Origin: Rhodocyclaceae bacterium UBA5602
GTDB lineage: Bacteria > Pseudomonadota > Gammaproteobacteria > Burkholderiales > Rhodocyclaceae
DNA: 64,000 bases
NCBI GenBank assembly: GCA_002424865.1
Contig: DILC01000044.1
Coordinates: 40,661 to 104,660, forward strand
Direction of reading: 5' to 3'
Shown here: positions 23,478-33,800 of the stretch, piece by piece
Numbering within the stretch: the stretch's first letter is position 1
Layout of the letters: every line of letters starts with the position of its first letter
Notes under the pieces: generated by a model
Databases searched by the model: none
What the model was told of the DNA's origin: nothing
Seen by the model: the letters and a program-made list of their open reading frames with translations, nothing else
Program-made: the position numbers and the translations under genes

Positions 23478-23523
23478 AAAAAAAATCCGCAACCCCTTGT
23501 TACTGCTGGTATTTGCGGATTTT
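23478..23523 (-). terminator. Probable terminator downstream of tRNA-Leu(CAA)
   Basis: AAAATCCGCAA / TTGCGGATTTT stem with 20-nt loop, ending in a T run on the minus strand. Confidence 0.5.
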
Positions 23524-23545
23524 CTGAATACTTAAAACAGGTTGC

Positions 23546-23630
23546 TGGTGCCGGGAGGGGGACTCGAACCCCCACACCTTGCGGCGGCGGATTTTGAGTC
23601 CGCTGCGTCTACCAATTCCGCCATCCCGGC
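23546..23630 (-). tRNA. tRNA-Leu (anticodon CAA)
   Basis: GCCGGGATGGCGGAATTGGTAGAC..GCGGA-CTCAAAA-TCCGC..GTTCGAGTC..ACCA; 85 nt. Confidence 0.97.
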
Positions 23631-23673
23631 TAGGAGTTAGCACGCCATACTACGTGTGCTTGCAGAGGCCAGC

Positions 23674-23702
23674 ATTATGCCTCAAAGTCTCGAAATCATC
23701 AA
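23674..23702 (-). promoter_or_regulatory. Sigma70-like promoter for tRNA-Leu(CAA)
   Basis: TTGATG-N17-CATAAT on the minus strand. Confidence 0.55.
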
Positions 23703-23776
23703 TGGCTGGAGTCTCTATTTGCATAAAATTTCCCTTTATCAAACAAAATCAACCAACCCATCGCTGGAATAAACAC

Positions 23777-25864
23777 TTAAACAATCAATGGCACAATCAA
23801 CAAAGCCACAATATTGATGATTTTGATCAAAGGATTGATGGCCGGGCCTGCCGTATCCTTATACGGATCACCTACTGTATCTCCGGTCACTGCCGCCTTG
23901 TGTGCTTCTGAGCCTTTACCGCCATAATGACCATCTTCTATATATTTTTTTGCGTTGTCCCAAGCCCCGCCCCCTGTGGTCATGGAAATTGCAACAAAAA
24001 TTCCCGTCACTATTGTCCCCATAAGAACCCCGCCCAGCGCCCGCACGCCAGCGCCTGGCCCCATGATCGCGTTCATGCCAAAAGCGGTGACCACAGGAAC
24101 GACAACGGGGAGGAGTGAAGGAACCATCATCTCCTTGATCGCTGCTTTGGTGAGCATATCAACGCAAGTGCCATATTCTGGCTTAGCTTTGCCTTCCATG
24201 ATGCCCTTGATATCACGGAACTGGCGGCGCACTTCAACCACCACCGCACCTGCGGAGCGGCCAACAGCCTCCATGGCCATCGCACCAAAGAGATAAGGGA
24301 TCAAACCACCAATAAATAAACCAATGATGACCGCTGGATCCGACAGGTCAAATACAAAGTGCTTGCCTGTTGCCTCTATCCCGTGCGTAAAGTCTGCAAA
24401 CAGCACTAACGACGCCAAGCCGGCAGAGCCGATGGCATAGCCTTTAGTAACTGCTTTGGTTGTATTGCCTACAGCATCCAGAGGGTCTGTAATGCCGCGT
24501 ACGGAGTCAGGCAGGTTAGCCATTTCCGCGATGCCACCGGCGTTATCCGTAATCGGCCCATAAGCGTCAAGCGCAACCACAATTCCTGCCATGGAGAGCA
24601 TGGATACGGCCGCAATTGCAATGCCATACAGGCCTGCCAGGGCATAAGAGGACCCAATCGCTGCGCAAACAGACAATACCGGCCAAGCGGTTGACTTCAT
24701 TGACACACCCAGACCGGCAATGATGTTTGTGCCATGCCCTGTGGTTGAGGCTTCGGCAATATGGCGAACAGGCTTGAAGTCTGTACCGGTGTAATACTCG
24801 GTGATATACACCATCAGTCCGGTAAGTACCAAACCAACCACGGCAGCTCCATAAATACGCATCTGCGAACCACCGCTAATGCCGAGCAGCGCATCCAGCA
24901 GATGATCATCAATCAACCAGGTGGTTAAAGGATAAAAGGCAATCAGGGCCATTACGCCCGAAACCAGCAAACCCTTGTAAAGGGCATTCATGATTTTTGC
25001 GCCAGGAGATGTTTTCACAAACATCGCTCCCACTATCGAAGCAATAATGGAAAAGCCGCCAAGCACCAAAGGATATGAAATAGCCGCTTCGGCTGTTAAG
25101 TCAGATGACTTGAACAGCAAGGCGCTCAACAACATAGTCGCCACGATTGTGACGGCATAGGTCTCAAATAAGTCCGCTGCCATGCCTGCACAATCACCGA
25201 CGTTATCCCCGACATTATCAGCAATGACAGCCGGGTTGCGTGGATCGTCTTCAGGAATTCCGGCTTCAACTTTACCCACCAAGTCCGCGCCAACATCCGC
25301 GCCTTTGGTGAAAATTCCGCCGCCTAAGCGGGCAAAAATAGAAATCAAGGAAGAGCCAAAACCCAAGCCTACGAGCGGATGAACAACGCTTTCCAGCGTT
25401 GCGCCCGTACCACCCAGATACTTGAGAAAAACGTAATACCCTGTCACACCCAAGAGACCTAAACCAACGACCAGCATACCGGTGATCGCCCCGCCACGAA
25501 AGGCAACATTTAATGCTTCATTTAATCCAGTGCGGGCGGCTTCTGCCGTTCTTACATTAGCCCGGACGGAAACATTCATGCCAATGTAACCTGCAGCGCC
25601 AGACAACATGGCACCCAGGATAAAACCTGCGGCTGTTTGCCACCCAAGCGTGAAGAAAATAACCAGGGAGAGCACGATGCCAACGATACCAATGCTGGTG
25701 TACTGTCGATTCAGGTAGGCTTGAGCGCCCTCTTGAATGGCTGCGGCAATTTCACGCATTCGCTCGTTACCGGCAGGTTGCGCCAGTATCCATCGGCTTG
25801 AGATGCCGCCATAAATAATGGCCACTATTGAACAGATCAACGCAAACATTAATCCTGACGACAT
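23777..25864 (-). CDS. hppA: Membrane H+-translocating pyrophosphatase, K+-independent signature
   Basis: [35 protein letters not shown] (Lys) is the K+-independent determinant. Confidence 0.95.
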   Translation of the reverse strand: MSSGLMFALICSIVAIIYGGISSRWILAQPAGNERMREIAAAIQEGAQAYLNRQYTSIGIVGIVLSLVIFFTLGWQTAAGFILGAMLSGAAGYIGMNVSVRANVRTAEAARTGLNEALNVAFRGGAITGMLVVGLGLLGVTGYYVFLKYLGGTGATLESVVHPLVGLGFGSSLISIFARLGGGIFTKGADVGADLVGKVEAGIPEDDPRNPAVIADNVGDNVGDCAGMAADLFETYAVTIVATMLLSALLFKSSDLTAEAAISYPLVLGGFSIIASIVGAMFVKTSPGAKIMNALYKGLLVSGVMALIAFYPLTTWLIDDHLLDALLGISGGSQMRIYGAAVVGLVLTGLMVYITEYYTGTDFKPVRHIAEASTTGHGTNIIAGLGVSMKSTAWPVLSVCAAIGSSYALAGLYGIAIAAVSMLSMAGIVVALDAYGPITDNAGGIAEMANLPDSVRGITDPLDAVGNTTKAVTKGYAIGSAGLASLVLFADFTHGIEATGKHFVFDLSDPAVIIGLFIGGLIPYLFGAMAMEAVGRSAGAVVVEVRRQFRDIKGIMEGKAKPEYGTCVDMLTKAAIKEMMVPSLLPVVVPVVTAFGMNAIMGPGAGVRALGGVLMGTIVTGIFVAISMTTGGGAWDNAKKYIEDGHYGGKGSEAHKAAVTGDTVGDPYKDTAGPAINPLIKIINIVALLIVPLIV

Positions 25865-25888
25865 ACTCTCTCTCCTTTGCTCATTACA

Positions 25889-27148
25889 TCACAGTGAAAA
25901 ACTCTCCAGCTTTTTAGCCACGCTATTATTTTTCAAGCTGACATACTCCGGCAGACCATCCTTAAACGGGGGGGGGGCTTCACCCGCAATTAAAGGTGCA
26001 AGATAAGCCCTTGCTGCGGCGGTAATGCCAAAACCGTCAGGAGTAATGAACTCCGGCGGCATTTTTCGCTCAACATTCGCCACCTGAGCTAACGGCACTT
26101 CAATAATGTCCCACCGATAGGGCTTGTCTGCTAGCCGACGAATGGCGGGCATTACCGCGTTTTTCCCTGCCAGCGCCATTTCCACTGCCGCTTTACCTAC
26201 GGCATAGGCTTGGTCAACATCGGTTTTTGAGGCAATATGCCGTGCCGCGCGCTGCAAATAATCCGCAACCGCCCAGTGAAACTTATAACCCAGCTTATCT
26301 TTAACCAGCTGCGCAATCTGCGGCCCGATGCCGCCTAACTGCGCGTGACCAAAGGCATCTGTCGTACCGGCACCGGCCATCAACTTGCCATCGGGACCAC
26401 ATAAGCCTTCAGAGACGGCAATCGCGCAATAGCCGTAGCGATCCACATTCTCCTTGATCCTGGTCAGGAACTTGGCCTCGTCGAATTTAACTTCCGGCAG
26501 TAACAGCAAGTGCGGTGCCTCGCCCTCATTGCGTGCAGCAAGCGCACACGCGGCAGTAATCCAACCGGCATGGCGTCCCATGACCTCAAAAACGAATACC
26601 TTGGTTGATGTTCTCGCCATGGAGGCGACATCCAGCCCGGCTTCACGCATCGAGGTCGCCACATATTTCGCCACCGAGCCAAAGCCTGGGCAGGTATCCG
26701 TCAGGGGCAAATCATTATCCACGGTTTTAGGGATATGAATTGCCTGCAAGGGATAGCCAAGGTTTGCTGACAGCTGCGAGACCTTAAGGCAGGTGTCAGC
26801 CGAATCCCCACCACCGTTGTAAAAAAAGTAGCCAATATCGTGGGCTCGGAAGACTTCAATCAAGCGCTCGAATTCGCGGCGGCTTTGCTCAAGGCTTTTG
26901 AGCTTGTAGCGACATGAACCAAATGCCCCGCCGGGCGTATGGCGCAGGCTCGCGATGTCTTCTGCAGACTCCAGCGATGTGTCAATCAAGTCTTCGGTCA
27001 GCGCGCCGATAATGCCATCCCTGCCCGCCAATACCTTGCCAATTCGATCAGGATGCGCACGTGCCGTTTCAATGACACCGCAAGCGGATGTGTTGATGAC
27101 CGCTGTCACCCCCCCTGATTGAGCATAAAAAGCGTTTTTAATCATCAT
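25889..27148 (-). CDS. pfp: 6-phosphofructokinase, PPi-dependent signature
   Basis: PFK motifs QSGG, GGGDS, PKTVDND, EVMGRHAG; Asp at the E. coli Gly104-equivalent plus Lys in PKTxDND; adjacent to hppA. Confidence 0.85.
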   Translation of the reverse strand: MMIKNAFYAQSGGVTAVINTSACGVIETARAHPDRIGKVLAGRDGIIGALTEDLIDTSLESAEDIASLRHTPGGAFGSCRYKLKSLEQSRREFERLIEVFRAHDIGYFFYNGGGDSADTCLKVSQLSANLGYPLQAIHIPKTVDNDLPLTDTCPGFGSVAKYVATSMREAGLDVASMARTSTKVFVFEVMGRHAGWITAACALAARNEGEAPHLLLLPEVKFDEAKFLTRIKENVDRYGYCAIAVSEGLCGPDGKLMAGAGTTDAFGHAQLGGIGPQIAQLVKDKLGYKFHWAVADYLQRAARHIASKTDVDQAYAVGKAAVEMALAGKNAVMPAIRRLADKPYRWDIIEVPLAQVANVERKMPPEFITPDGFGITAAARAYLAPLIAGEAPPPFKDGLPEYVSLKNNSVAKKLESFSL

Positions 27149-27184
27149 GTCAAAACACTCACTTAAAAATTAATGCCAAAAGAT

Positions 27185-27844
<660 letters not shown>

Positions 27845-27912
27845 TCAAACTCCGAGTCGATGGTTAAAGCAATTAGAAACTTTTTTAATTTTTTGTTCGA
27901 GTGAAGATACCG

Positions 27913-28695
27913 TCAATTGGCAGGCAGGTCAAACTGACCGAAGAGTTGCCGGACACGGGTTAAATCTTCTTCTGTATCCACGCCCGGCGCAGGCGCTTCC
28001 CCACAATCCAGCACACGAATAACAAACCCATGGGCCAACGCACGTAGTTGTTCCAGAGACTCCCACTGTTCGATTGGCGCTATTGATAATTGGCTGTATT
28101 GCCGCAAAAAACCCGTGCGATAAGCATACAAACCAATATGCCGTCGAGCGATAAAGCCTTCTGGTAGCGCTGTCCGCACTTCGTTCGTCGCAAAAAAGTC
28201 TCGCGGCCACGGAATCGGCGCACGGGAAAAATACAGGGCGCGACCGACCGCATCCACGACGACTTTAACGACGTTCGGATTCAAAAACTCTGGCAGGTCA
28301 GTCAGCGGATGCGCCGCTGTAGCGATCGCTGCTTGGGCATCTTCAGCCAAAGCGCTGGCTATTTGCCTGATCAAATTTGGATCAATCAAGGGTTCATCCC
28401 CTTGGACATTAACCACAATATCTTCATCCGCCCAACCGAGAAGCGCTGCCACTTCGGCCAGCCGGTCAGTTCCTGAGGCGTGATCAGCTTGTGTCATCAA
28501 GGCGTTAAAACCGTGCGCAGCGGCGGCAGCCATCACCCGCTCATCATCCGTAGCAATCCATATTTCATCCGCACCACTCTGCGCACCAGCTTCTGCCACG
28601 CGAATGACCATGGGTTTACCGGCAATATCGGCCAAAGGCTTGCCAGGCAAACGTGAAGACGCCCAGCGGGCAGGAATGACGACACGAAAACGCAT
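27913..28695 (-). CDS. kdsB: 3-deoxy-manno-octulosonate cytidylyltransferase
   Basis: [29 protein letters not shown]. Confidence 0.96.
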   Translation of the reverse strand: MRFRVVIPARWASSRLPGKPLADIAGKPMVIRVAEAGAQSGADEIWIATDDERVMAAAAAHGFNALMTQADHASGTDRLAEVAALLGWADEDIVVNVQGDEPLIDPNLIRQIASALAEDAQAAIATAAHPLTDLPEFLNPNVVKVVVDAVGRALYFSRAPIPWPRDFFATNEVRTALPEGFIARRHIGLYAYRTGFLRQYSQLSIAPIEQWESLEQLRALAHGFVIRVLDCGEAPAPGVDTEEDLTRVRQLFGQFDLPAN

Positions 28696-28871
28696 CAGCG
28701 TTCTTCAGCGCCCAGTTTGCGTGCCGATTCTTCCAGCATCACGGGAATATCATCCCTGACAGGGAACGCCAATTTGCACGCAGGGCAAACCAGCTCCATG
28801 GCCGCCTTGCGATAATCCAGCGCCCCTTTGCAGTTTGGACAAACAAGTATTTCAAGCAGACGATAGTCCAT
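28695..28871 (-). CDS. ycaR: Trm112/YcaR family protein (58 aa; missing from the ORF track)
   Basis: Manual translation [58 protein letters not shown]; usual lpxK-ycaR-kdsB position. Confidence 0.93.
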   Translation of the reverse strand: MDYRLLEILVCPNCKGALDYRKAAMELVCPACKLAFPVRDDIPVMLEESARKLGAEER

Positions 28872-29934
28872 TGATTTTCTCCAGAATAAAAGCCGCCAGA
28901 TCCGGGCTAAGGTTTGCTGTAACAGGCAAGACCCATACAGGCAAAGGCATTTTGAGTGCCGCTAATTTTACGGCATCCTTCTCTGTGGTCAGAATCGCAC
29001 CGCCCGTGAAATTCAAATCTTTTGGTTGATAATCATGGTGATCAGCCAATGGATGCGCCTCAAACGACAACCCCAAGGCAGTTAAGTGATCAAAAAAGCG
29101 CTGCGGCGAGCCTATCCCGGCAACCGCATGCAGTCGCTGCCCGAAAAAATCCGCCGCATCACGTGAGATGTGCGGTTGATCCAGGCAGTAAAAGGTCTGT
29201 CCAGTCAACGCCATAGCAAACCTCGCGCCGCAAAAAGTCGGCGCTGGCGAGACGGCTGTGTTATTCAAAACAATCGCATCGACGTGCCGCAACCGGGACA
29301 GCGGCTCGCGCAAGGGGCCTGCCGGCAACTGCCAGCCATTCATCACACCGCGATGATCAAACACGGCAATGTCCACATCCCGTCCCAGTCGATAATGCTG
29401 CAGCCCATCATCTGACAAAATCACGTCACACGCAGGATAGCGTGACAACAAAGCACGCCCGGCAGCAACGCGGTCACGGCAAACAAATACCGGGCATTGA
29501 CTACGCCTCGCTAAAAGCAATGGCTCATCACCGACAGCGTGAGGATCACTAGTCGGCAACACTTCCAATGCCGTCAAGGGCTTATCCTTATTTTTAGCGC
29601 CCACGCGTTGCGCACCTGGGCTAGCCGCATCATGACGGCCGCGATAACCGCGACTAATAATCCCCGGCTGCATGCCGTGTGCCCGAAGGGCGTTTGCCAA
29701 ATACAAGATCAACGGTGTTTTACCCGTACCGCCAACCGTTAAATTGCCAATGACCACAACCGGCACAGGCAAGCGCTGAACTTGCAGCACGCCCAGTCTA
29801 TACAGCAGCAAACGCAACCAGACAAGCCCCGCAAAACAGAGCGAGACTGGGTAAAGAAGACTCGCTAAGAGACCCCGGCGACGCCAAAAAACAGCGCCGC
29901 CGACTGCATCAATGTTGCGCTTGTTGTGTGGCAA
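28852..29934 (-). CDS. lpxK: Tetraacyldisaccharide 4'-kinase
   Basis: [34 protein letters not shown]; start uncertain. Confidence 0.95.
   Translation of the reverse strand: MPHNKRNIDAVGGAVFWRRRGLLASLLYPVSLCFAGLVWLRLLLYRLGVLQVQRLPVPVVVIGNLTVGGTGKTPLILYLANALRAHGMQPGIISRGYRGRHDAASPGAQRVGAKNKDKPLTALEVLPTSDPHAVGDEPLLLARRSQCPVFVCRDRVAAGRALLSRYPACDVILSDDGLQHYRLGRDVDIAVFDHRGVMNGWQLPAGPLREPLSRLRHVDAIVLNNTAVSPAPTFCGARFAMALTGQTFYCLDQPHISRDAADFFGQRLHAVAGIGSPQRFFDHLTALGLSFEAHPLADHHDYQPKDLNFTGGAILTTEKDAVKLAALKMPLPVWVLPVTANLSPDLAAFILEKINGLSSA
29234..29257 (+). repeat. 24-bp dispersed motif copy (antisense in lpxK)
   Basis: AAAGTCGGCGCTGGCGAGACGGCT, 23/24; encodes AVSPAPTF. Confidence 0.9.
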
Positions 29935-30340
29935 AGGAAATTTGCGAGAGTCCGGCGGCTTGCGCCGCTTGCATCACATCAATTACCTTTTGATGTGTCG
30001 CTTTGGCATCGGCATTAATAATCACGACAGGCGGTTGGCCCGTCGCCTTACTTGCTGAATTTGCCTGCTGCAAGGCATCCTGAATGGCCGCTACATCCTG
30101 ACCGGCCACCGGAACCTTATTCACCGAGATCTCGCCTGCTGCCGTAATAGTCACATTGATTTCTACTGGCTGCGTCTTATTCTCTGGTGCTTCGGCTGTC
30201 GGCAAATTAATTTCCAAACCGGCTAATTTGGAATAAGTGGTCGTGGTCATGACGAAAATCAAAATCACCAACAACACGTCAATCAAGGGAATGAGATTGA
30301 TCTCCAAAGCCTCGCGCTGGCGATTACGCTGAAAGTTCAT
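29909..30340 (-). CDS. exbD: Biopolymer transporter ExbD/TolR
   Basis: EINLIPLIDVLLVILIF, single TM segment. Confidence 0.9.
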   Translation of the reverse strand: MNFQRNRQREALEINLIPLIDVLLVILIFVMTTTTYSKLAGLEINLPTAEAPENKTQPVEINVTITAAGEISVNKVPVAGQDVAAIQDALQQANSASKATGQPPVVIINADAKATHQKVIDVMQAAQAAGLSQISFATQQAQH

Positions 30341-30356
30341 AGTTGGCTTTTACCCT

Positions 30357-30962
30357 TCAGGAGCGATCACCGTGAAGCATTTCCACGAGCTTGAGGGATT
30401 CTTGTTCCATGTCAACCAGAAAGCTATCCACCAGCGCCCGAAAATGGCGGTAAGCAATCATGCTAGGGATCGCAACAACCAAGCCAAATCCGGTGTTATA
30501 AAGGGCAACCGAAATGCCATGAGCCAGCGTCTGGGGGCTATTGCCAGAAGCTGAAGATGCCCCAAAAATTTCTATCATCCCGACCACAGTGCCAAACAAT
30601 CCCATCAAGGGCGCAACCGTGGCAATCGTACCCAGGGTCGTCAAATAACGCTCAAGATCATGAGCCACGGCGCGCCCCGACTCTTCAATCGACTCCTTCA
30701 TGACTTCGCGTGAGCTATTTGCATTACGAAGACCTGCTGCCAATACCCGGCCGAGCGGGGAATTATTTTCCAGCTTTGCAATCAACGCATCGCCCACGCC
30801 ATGCTGTTTAAACTCCGCCACAGCGCCCTGTACGACACCCGCAGGTAAAATCTTATGCCGCCGCAGCGCGGTTGTCCGCTCGATAATCAATGCAACCGCG
30901 ATCACGGATGCCAATAACAAAGGCCATATAGGCCAACCAGCGGCTTGAATAATTGCAAACAC
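30357..30962 (-). CDS. exbB: MotA/TolQ/ExbB proton channel protein
   Basis: LGTIATVAPLMGLFGTVVGMI, GISVALYNTGFGL. Confidence 0.9.
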   Translation of the reverse strand: MFAIIQAAGWPIWPLLLASVIAVALIIERTTALRRHKILPAGVVQGAVAEFKQHGVGDALIAKLENNSPLGRVLAAGLRNANSSREVMKESIEESGRAVAHDLERYLTTLGTIATVAPLMGLFGTVVGMIEIFGASSASGNSPQTLAHGISVALYNTGFGLVVAIPSMIAYRHFRALVDSFLVDMEQESLKLVEMLHGDRS

Positions 30963-31074
30963 GTCACAAAGCTCCTAGTCATCAGCGAAGCTGGCACTTT
31001 ATCCGGAAGCATTGTTTTCAGCAACTTGCCAGTCCCTCTTACACACGCTATCCGTTCAATCATGCGCTGTGCAG

Positions 31075-31097
31075 TTATCCCCAAAATCTGTGGATAA
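31075..31097. promoter_or_regulatory. Inverted pair of DnaA boxes
   Basis: TTATCCCCA (1 mismatch), 5 nt, TGTGGATAA (perfect reverse complement of TTATCCACA); degenerate third box at 31101-31109. Confidence 0.65.
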
Positions 31098-31326
31098 CCA
31101 AGTGGACAAGTAAAAGGATCAACGCTAACCCCGCCTGATTACATGACTTTTTTTTATGCATTAAATTTAGACAACCCTCACCAAGAAGCGACTAAGCAGT
31201 GCGTTCAGGGCAAAAAAGCGCACTCTCCTCGGCTCCAATGCCCCTCTTGTTTACACCTCACCGCGCAAATCATTTCAGCTAACATCCCTGAATCGAACTC
31301 ATATTCAGTCCATCCCCTATTACGCC

Positions 31327-32667
31327 ATGATGCCAACGACATCCGTCCTCAGCATTAGCGAACTTAACCGGCTAACGCGTCAAACCCTGGAACAAGCATT
31401 CCCGCTGCTTTGGGTGACAGGAGAAATTTCCAACCTCACTCGTGCCGCATCCGGCCATGTTTATTTCACCCTCAAGGACAGTAACGCCCAGGCACGCTGC
31501 GTGATGTTTCGTACCCGCGCGCAAATCGTCCCATGGCGCCTTGAAAATGGTCAGCAAGTTGAAGCACGCACCCTGGTCTCGTTTTATGAGCCCCGGGGAG
31601 ACTTTCAATTAAATATTGAAAGCCTGCGCCGTGCAGGGCTAGGAGGCTTATTTGAAGAATTCGTCCGTTTAAAGAATATGCTTGAGCTGGCAGGCTTATT
31701 TGCACCAGAACGCAAACAAGCCCTACCGCAACTTCCACGCCGCATCGGCATTATCAGCTCACCCAAAGCGGCAGCATTACAAGACGTATTGACCACACTC
31801 AACCGCCGCTCACCCCATGTACCCATTGTGCTCTACCCCACCCTGGTCCAAGGGGAGAATGCCGCACAAAACATTGCGAATGCCATTGCGCTCGCTAACC
31901 AGCGTCAAGAATGTGATCTTTTGCTGCTTGTTCGTGGCGGAGGCAGCATTGAAGACTTATGGGCATTTAACGAATCAACTGTCGCTTATGCCATTGCAGA
32001 GAGCGCATTACCCATTATCAGTGGTGTAGGCCATGAGACCGACACCACCATCGCTGACTTTGTCGCAGACTTACGCGCCCCAACACCCACTGCAGCAGCA
32101 GAACTGGCAACACAACATTGGCATGCCATGCACCAGCGACTTACCAACCTGCAGCAAAAAATAGCGCGCATCATGCAGCACAGGCTTACAAACGACCAAC
32201 AACGCCTTGACAATATCGCCCTGCGCCTCACTCATCCCCGTCATACCTTGCGGCAGCAACAAGAGCGAATCACGCACCTTATCGCCCACCTCAAAACCTC
32301 ATTCACGCACTATCTACAACACCGACAACACCGCATAAATCAAGTCGCTATTCAGCTGGATCACTTCTTGCCAAAAACCGATAACCACAGAAGTTTGCTT
32401 ACCTTTTTAGCCCAACGCTTAAAGAATACAAACAAGCATTTTTACGAACAAAAACATCAATCGTTATTGCAATTTGCATCCTCCTTGAAACATCTGAATC
32501 CTCAAAACACGCTTGCGCGCGGCTTTGCGATTGTTCGCGATGAAAAAGGAATTGTCATCAGCAAGATAGAAGAAACAAAAGCCAGGCGACCTATTGCTAT
32601 CGAATTCTCAAATGGCCAAATCACAGCCACAGTGCTTGAAATTCAACCTATTGATATAAAAAATTAA
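31327..32667 (+). CDS. xseA: Exodeoxyribonuclease VII large subunit
   Basis: [41 protein letters not shown]. Confidence 0.96.
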   Translation: MMPTTSVLSISELNRLTRQTLEQAFPLLWVTGEISNLTRAASGHVYFTLKDSNAQARCVMFRTRAQIVPWRLENGQQVEARTLVSFYEPRGDFQLNIESLRRAGLGGLFEEFVRLKNMLELAGLFAPERKQALPQLPRRIGIISSPKAAALQDVLTTLNRRSPHVPIVLYPTLVQGENAAQNIANAIALANQRQECDLLLLVRGGGSIEDLWAFNESTVAYAIAESALPIISGVGHETDTTIADFVADLRAPTPTAAAELATQHWHAMHQRLTNLQQKIARIMQHRLTNDQQRLDNIALRLTHPRHTLRQQQERITHLIAHLKTSFTHYLQHRQHRINQVAIQLDHFLPKTDNHRSLLTFLAQRLKNTNKHFYEQKHQSLLQFASSLKHLNPQNTLARGFAIVRDEKGIVISKIEETKARRPIAIEFSNGQITATVLEIQPIDIKN

Positions 32668-32807
32668 AGCAGGGTAATTTCCTTTGAGATATGGAATGGA
32701 TTCCACTCTCCACCGGAACGGGCTTAAAGAATAGCAATAGCGCAAAACATCGAAGGATTTTCACCACCAACCCATCTTGAAAACTGATTTTAGGATTGAT
32801 TTTAGTC

Positions 32808-32836
32808 TTGCATATCTATTCAGAGTCTTTTATAAT
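32808..32836 (+). promoter_or_regulatory. Sigma70 promoter of rpsT
   Basis: TTGCAT-N17-TATAAT. Confidence 0.75.
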
Positions 32837-32880
32837 TCTGGCTCTTTCATGCTTTCACCCCATTAAATAATTTATCCACT

Positions 32881-33141
32881 ATGGCTAATACAGCTCAAGC
32901 TCGCAAACGCGCACGTCAATCTGCTAACCAACGTCTGCACAACATGGATCAACGCTCGTCTTTGCGTACTGCGATTAAAAAAGTCCGCAAAGCGATTATT
33001 GCTGGCGATAAGGCCGCTGCCCAGACTGTTTTCGCTGCTTCGCAAAAAATTATTGACTCGATTGCCGATAAAAAAATTATTCATAAAAACTTGGCCGCTC
33101 GTCAAAAAAGTCGTTTATCCGCTGCAATCAAAGCGCTCTGA
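32881..33141 (+). CDS. rpsT: 30S ribosomal protein S20
   Basis: [27 protein letters not shown]. Confidence 0.97.
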   Translation: MANTAQARKRARQSANQRLHNMDQRSSLRTAIKKVRKAIIAGDKAAAQTVFAASQKIIDSIADKKIIHKNLAARQKSRLSAAIKAL

Positions 33142-33169
33142 TCTGCCGCCTTCTTCTGTAGCCCCCCCA

Positions 33170-33197
33170 AAAAAAGCTGCCATCAGGCAGCTTTTTT
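33170..33197. terminator. rpsT Rho-independent terminator (bidirectional form)
   Basis: AAAAAAGCTGCC-ATCA-GGCAGCTTTTTT. Confidence 0.85.
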
Positions 33198-33199
33198 AT

Positions 33200-33401
33200 T
33201 GGCTTTTCCCGAACGATCCGCTTTCTCGGCTTGATCCGCAGGTTCAGTTCGAGTTCGCGGATCGGGCTGTCGCCCTCTGCTTGCTTGAGTACGGCAATGA
33301 TCTGGCTGCCTGAAAGGCGTGATGTCTTCATGTAAAACTTCCTCAGGCTATTGCGGAGAAAATTCTACTTCTAACTGCAGCTAATTTTTGTGGGGATTAC
33401 C
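33200..33401 (-). mobile_element. Internally deleted IS3-family (IS407-like) remnant
   Basis: Left end GGTAATCCCC..AGAAGTAGAATTTTCTC; OrfA-like N-terminus MKTSRLSGSQIIAVLKQAEG fused to OrfB-like ELELNLRIKPRKRIVREKP; recognised from memory. Confidence 0.8.
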
Positions 33402-33562
33402 GTAGCACTTTCTATCCGCGTCTTGTCCATCAGCTCGCAGATTACGATCCACGCCTCCTCCCCGCACGCGGTCACCCTCACGCAGTTGCGCTTCACTTCG
33501 TTCACTGTGATCAACTTACGGCGGTACTTACACCCGCAGGAGCGCGCCCAGCATGGGGAAAA
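33402..33562 (-). mobile_element. 5' fragment (part of domain I) of a class C group II intron
   Basis: Minus strand CCCATGCTGGGCGCGCTCCTGCGGGTGTAAGTACCGCCGTAAG..AACGAAGTGAAGCGCAACTG..GGTGACC..GGGGAGGAGGCG resembles IIC intron 5' ends; starts directly after a terminator; no RT ORF or domain V. Confidence 0.75.
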
Positions 33563-33566
33563 ATAA

Positions 33567-33601
33567 AAAAATCCCTAAGATTCATAATCTTAGGGATTTT
33601 T
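33567..33601 (-). terminator. tRNA-Val terminator
   Basis: Perfect 16-bp stem AAAAATCCCTAAGATT-CAT-AATCTTAGGGATTTTT. Confidence 0.85.
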
Positions 33602-33613
33602 ATCTACCAAATC

Positions 33614-33690
33614 TGGTAGGCGCGATTGGACTCGAACCAACGACCCCCACCATGTCAAGGTGGTGCTCTAACCAGCTGAGCTACGCGCCT
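33614..33690 (-). tRNA. tRNA-Val (anticodon GAC)
   Basis: AGGCGCGTAGCTCAGCTGGTTAGAGCA-CCACC-TTGACAT-GGTGG..GTTCGAGTC..ACCA; 77 nt. Confidence 0.97.
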
Positions 33691-33705
33691 ACTGAAGAGG
33701 CGATG

Positions 33706-33733
33706 ATTCTACCCGAAAATTGCGAAGCGTCAA
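33706..33733 (-). promoter_or_regulatory. Sigma70 promoter of tRNA-Val
   Basis: TTGACG-N16-TAGAAT. Confidence 0.7.
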
Positions 33734-33800
33734 ACAGTTTTAGCAAGTCTTGCAGCACAGATTCAATCAATGCAGATAAATTACAAAATAAATCAATTAG

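Noticed and set aside
26715..26723. DnaA-box-like TTATCCACG in pfp
   Set aside because: Explained by the conserved KTVDND coding motif.
30963..31326. Replication origin
   Set aside because: Only 2-3 DnaA boxes, no evident unwinding repeats, no dnaA/dnaN/gidA nearby and no obvious skew inversion by eye.
32048..32061. Partial match to the 24-bp motif in xseA
   Set aside because: Only the first 14 nt resemble it, and they encode the conserved TIADF XseA motif.
32696..32722. Neisseria dRS3-like repeat (ATTCC-N-GGAA)
   Set aside because: Single, highly degenerate instance.
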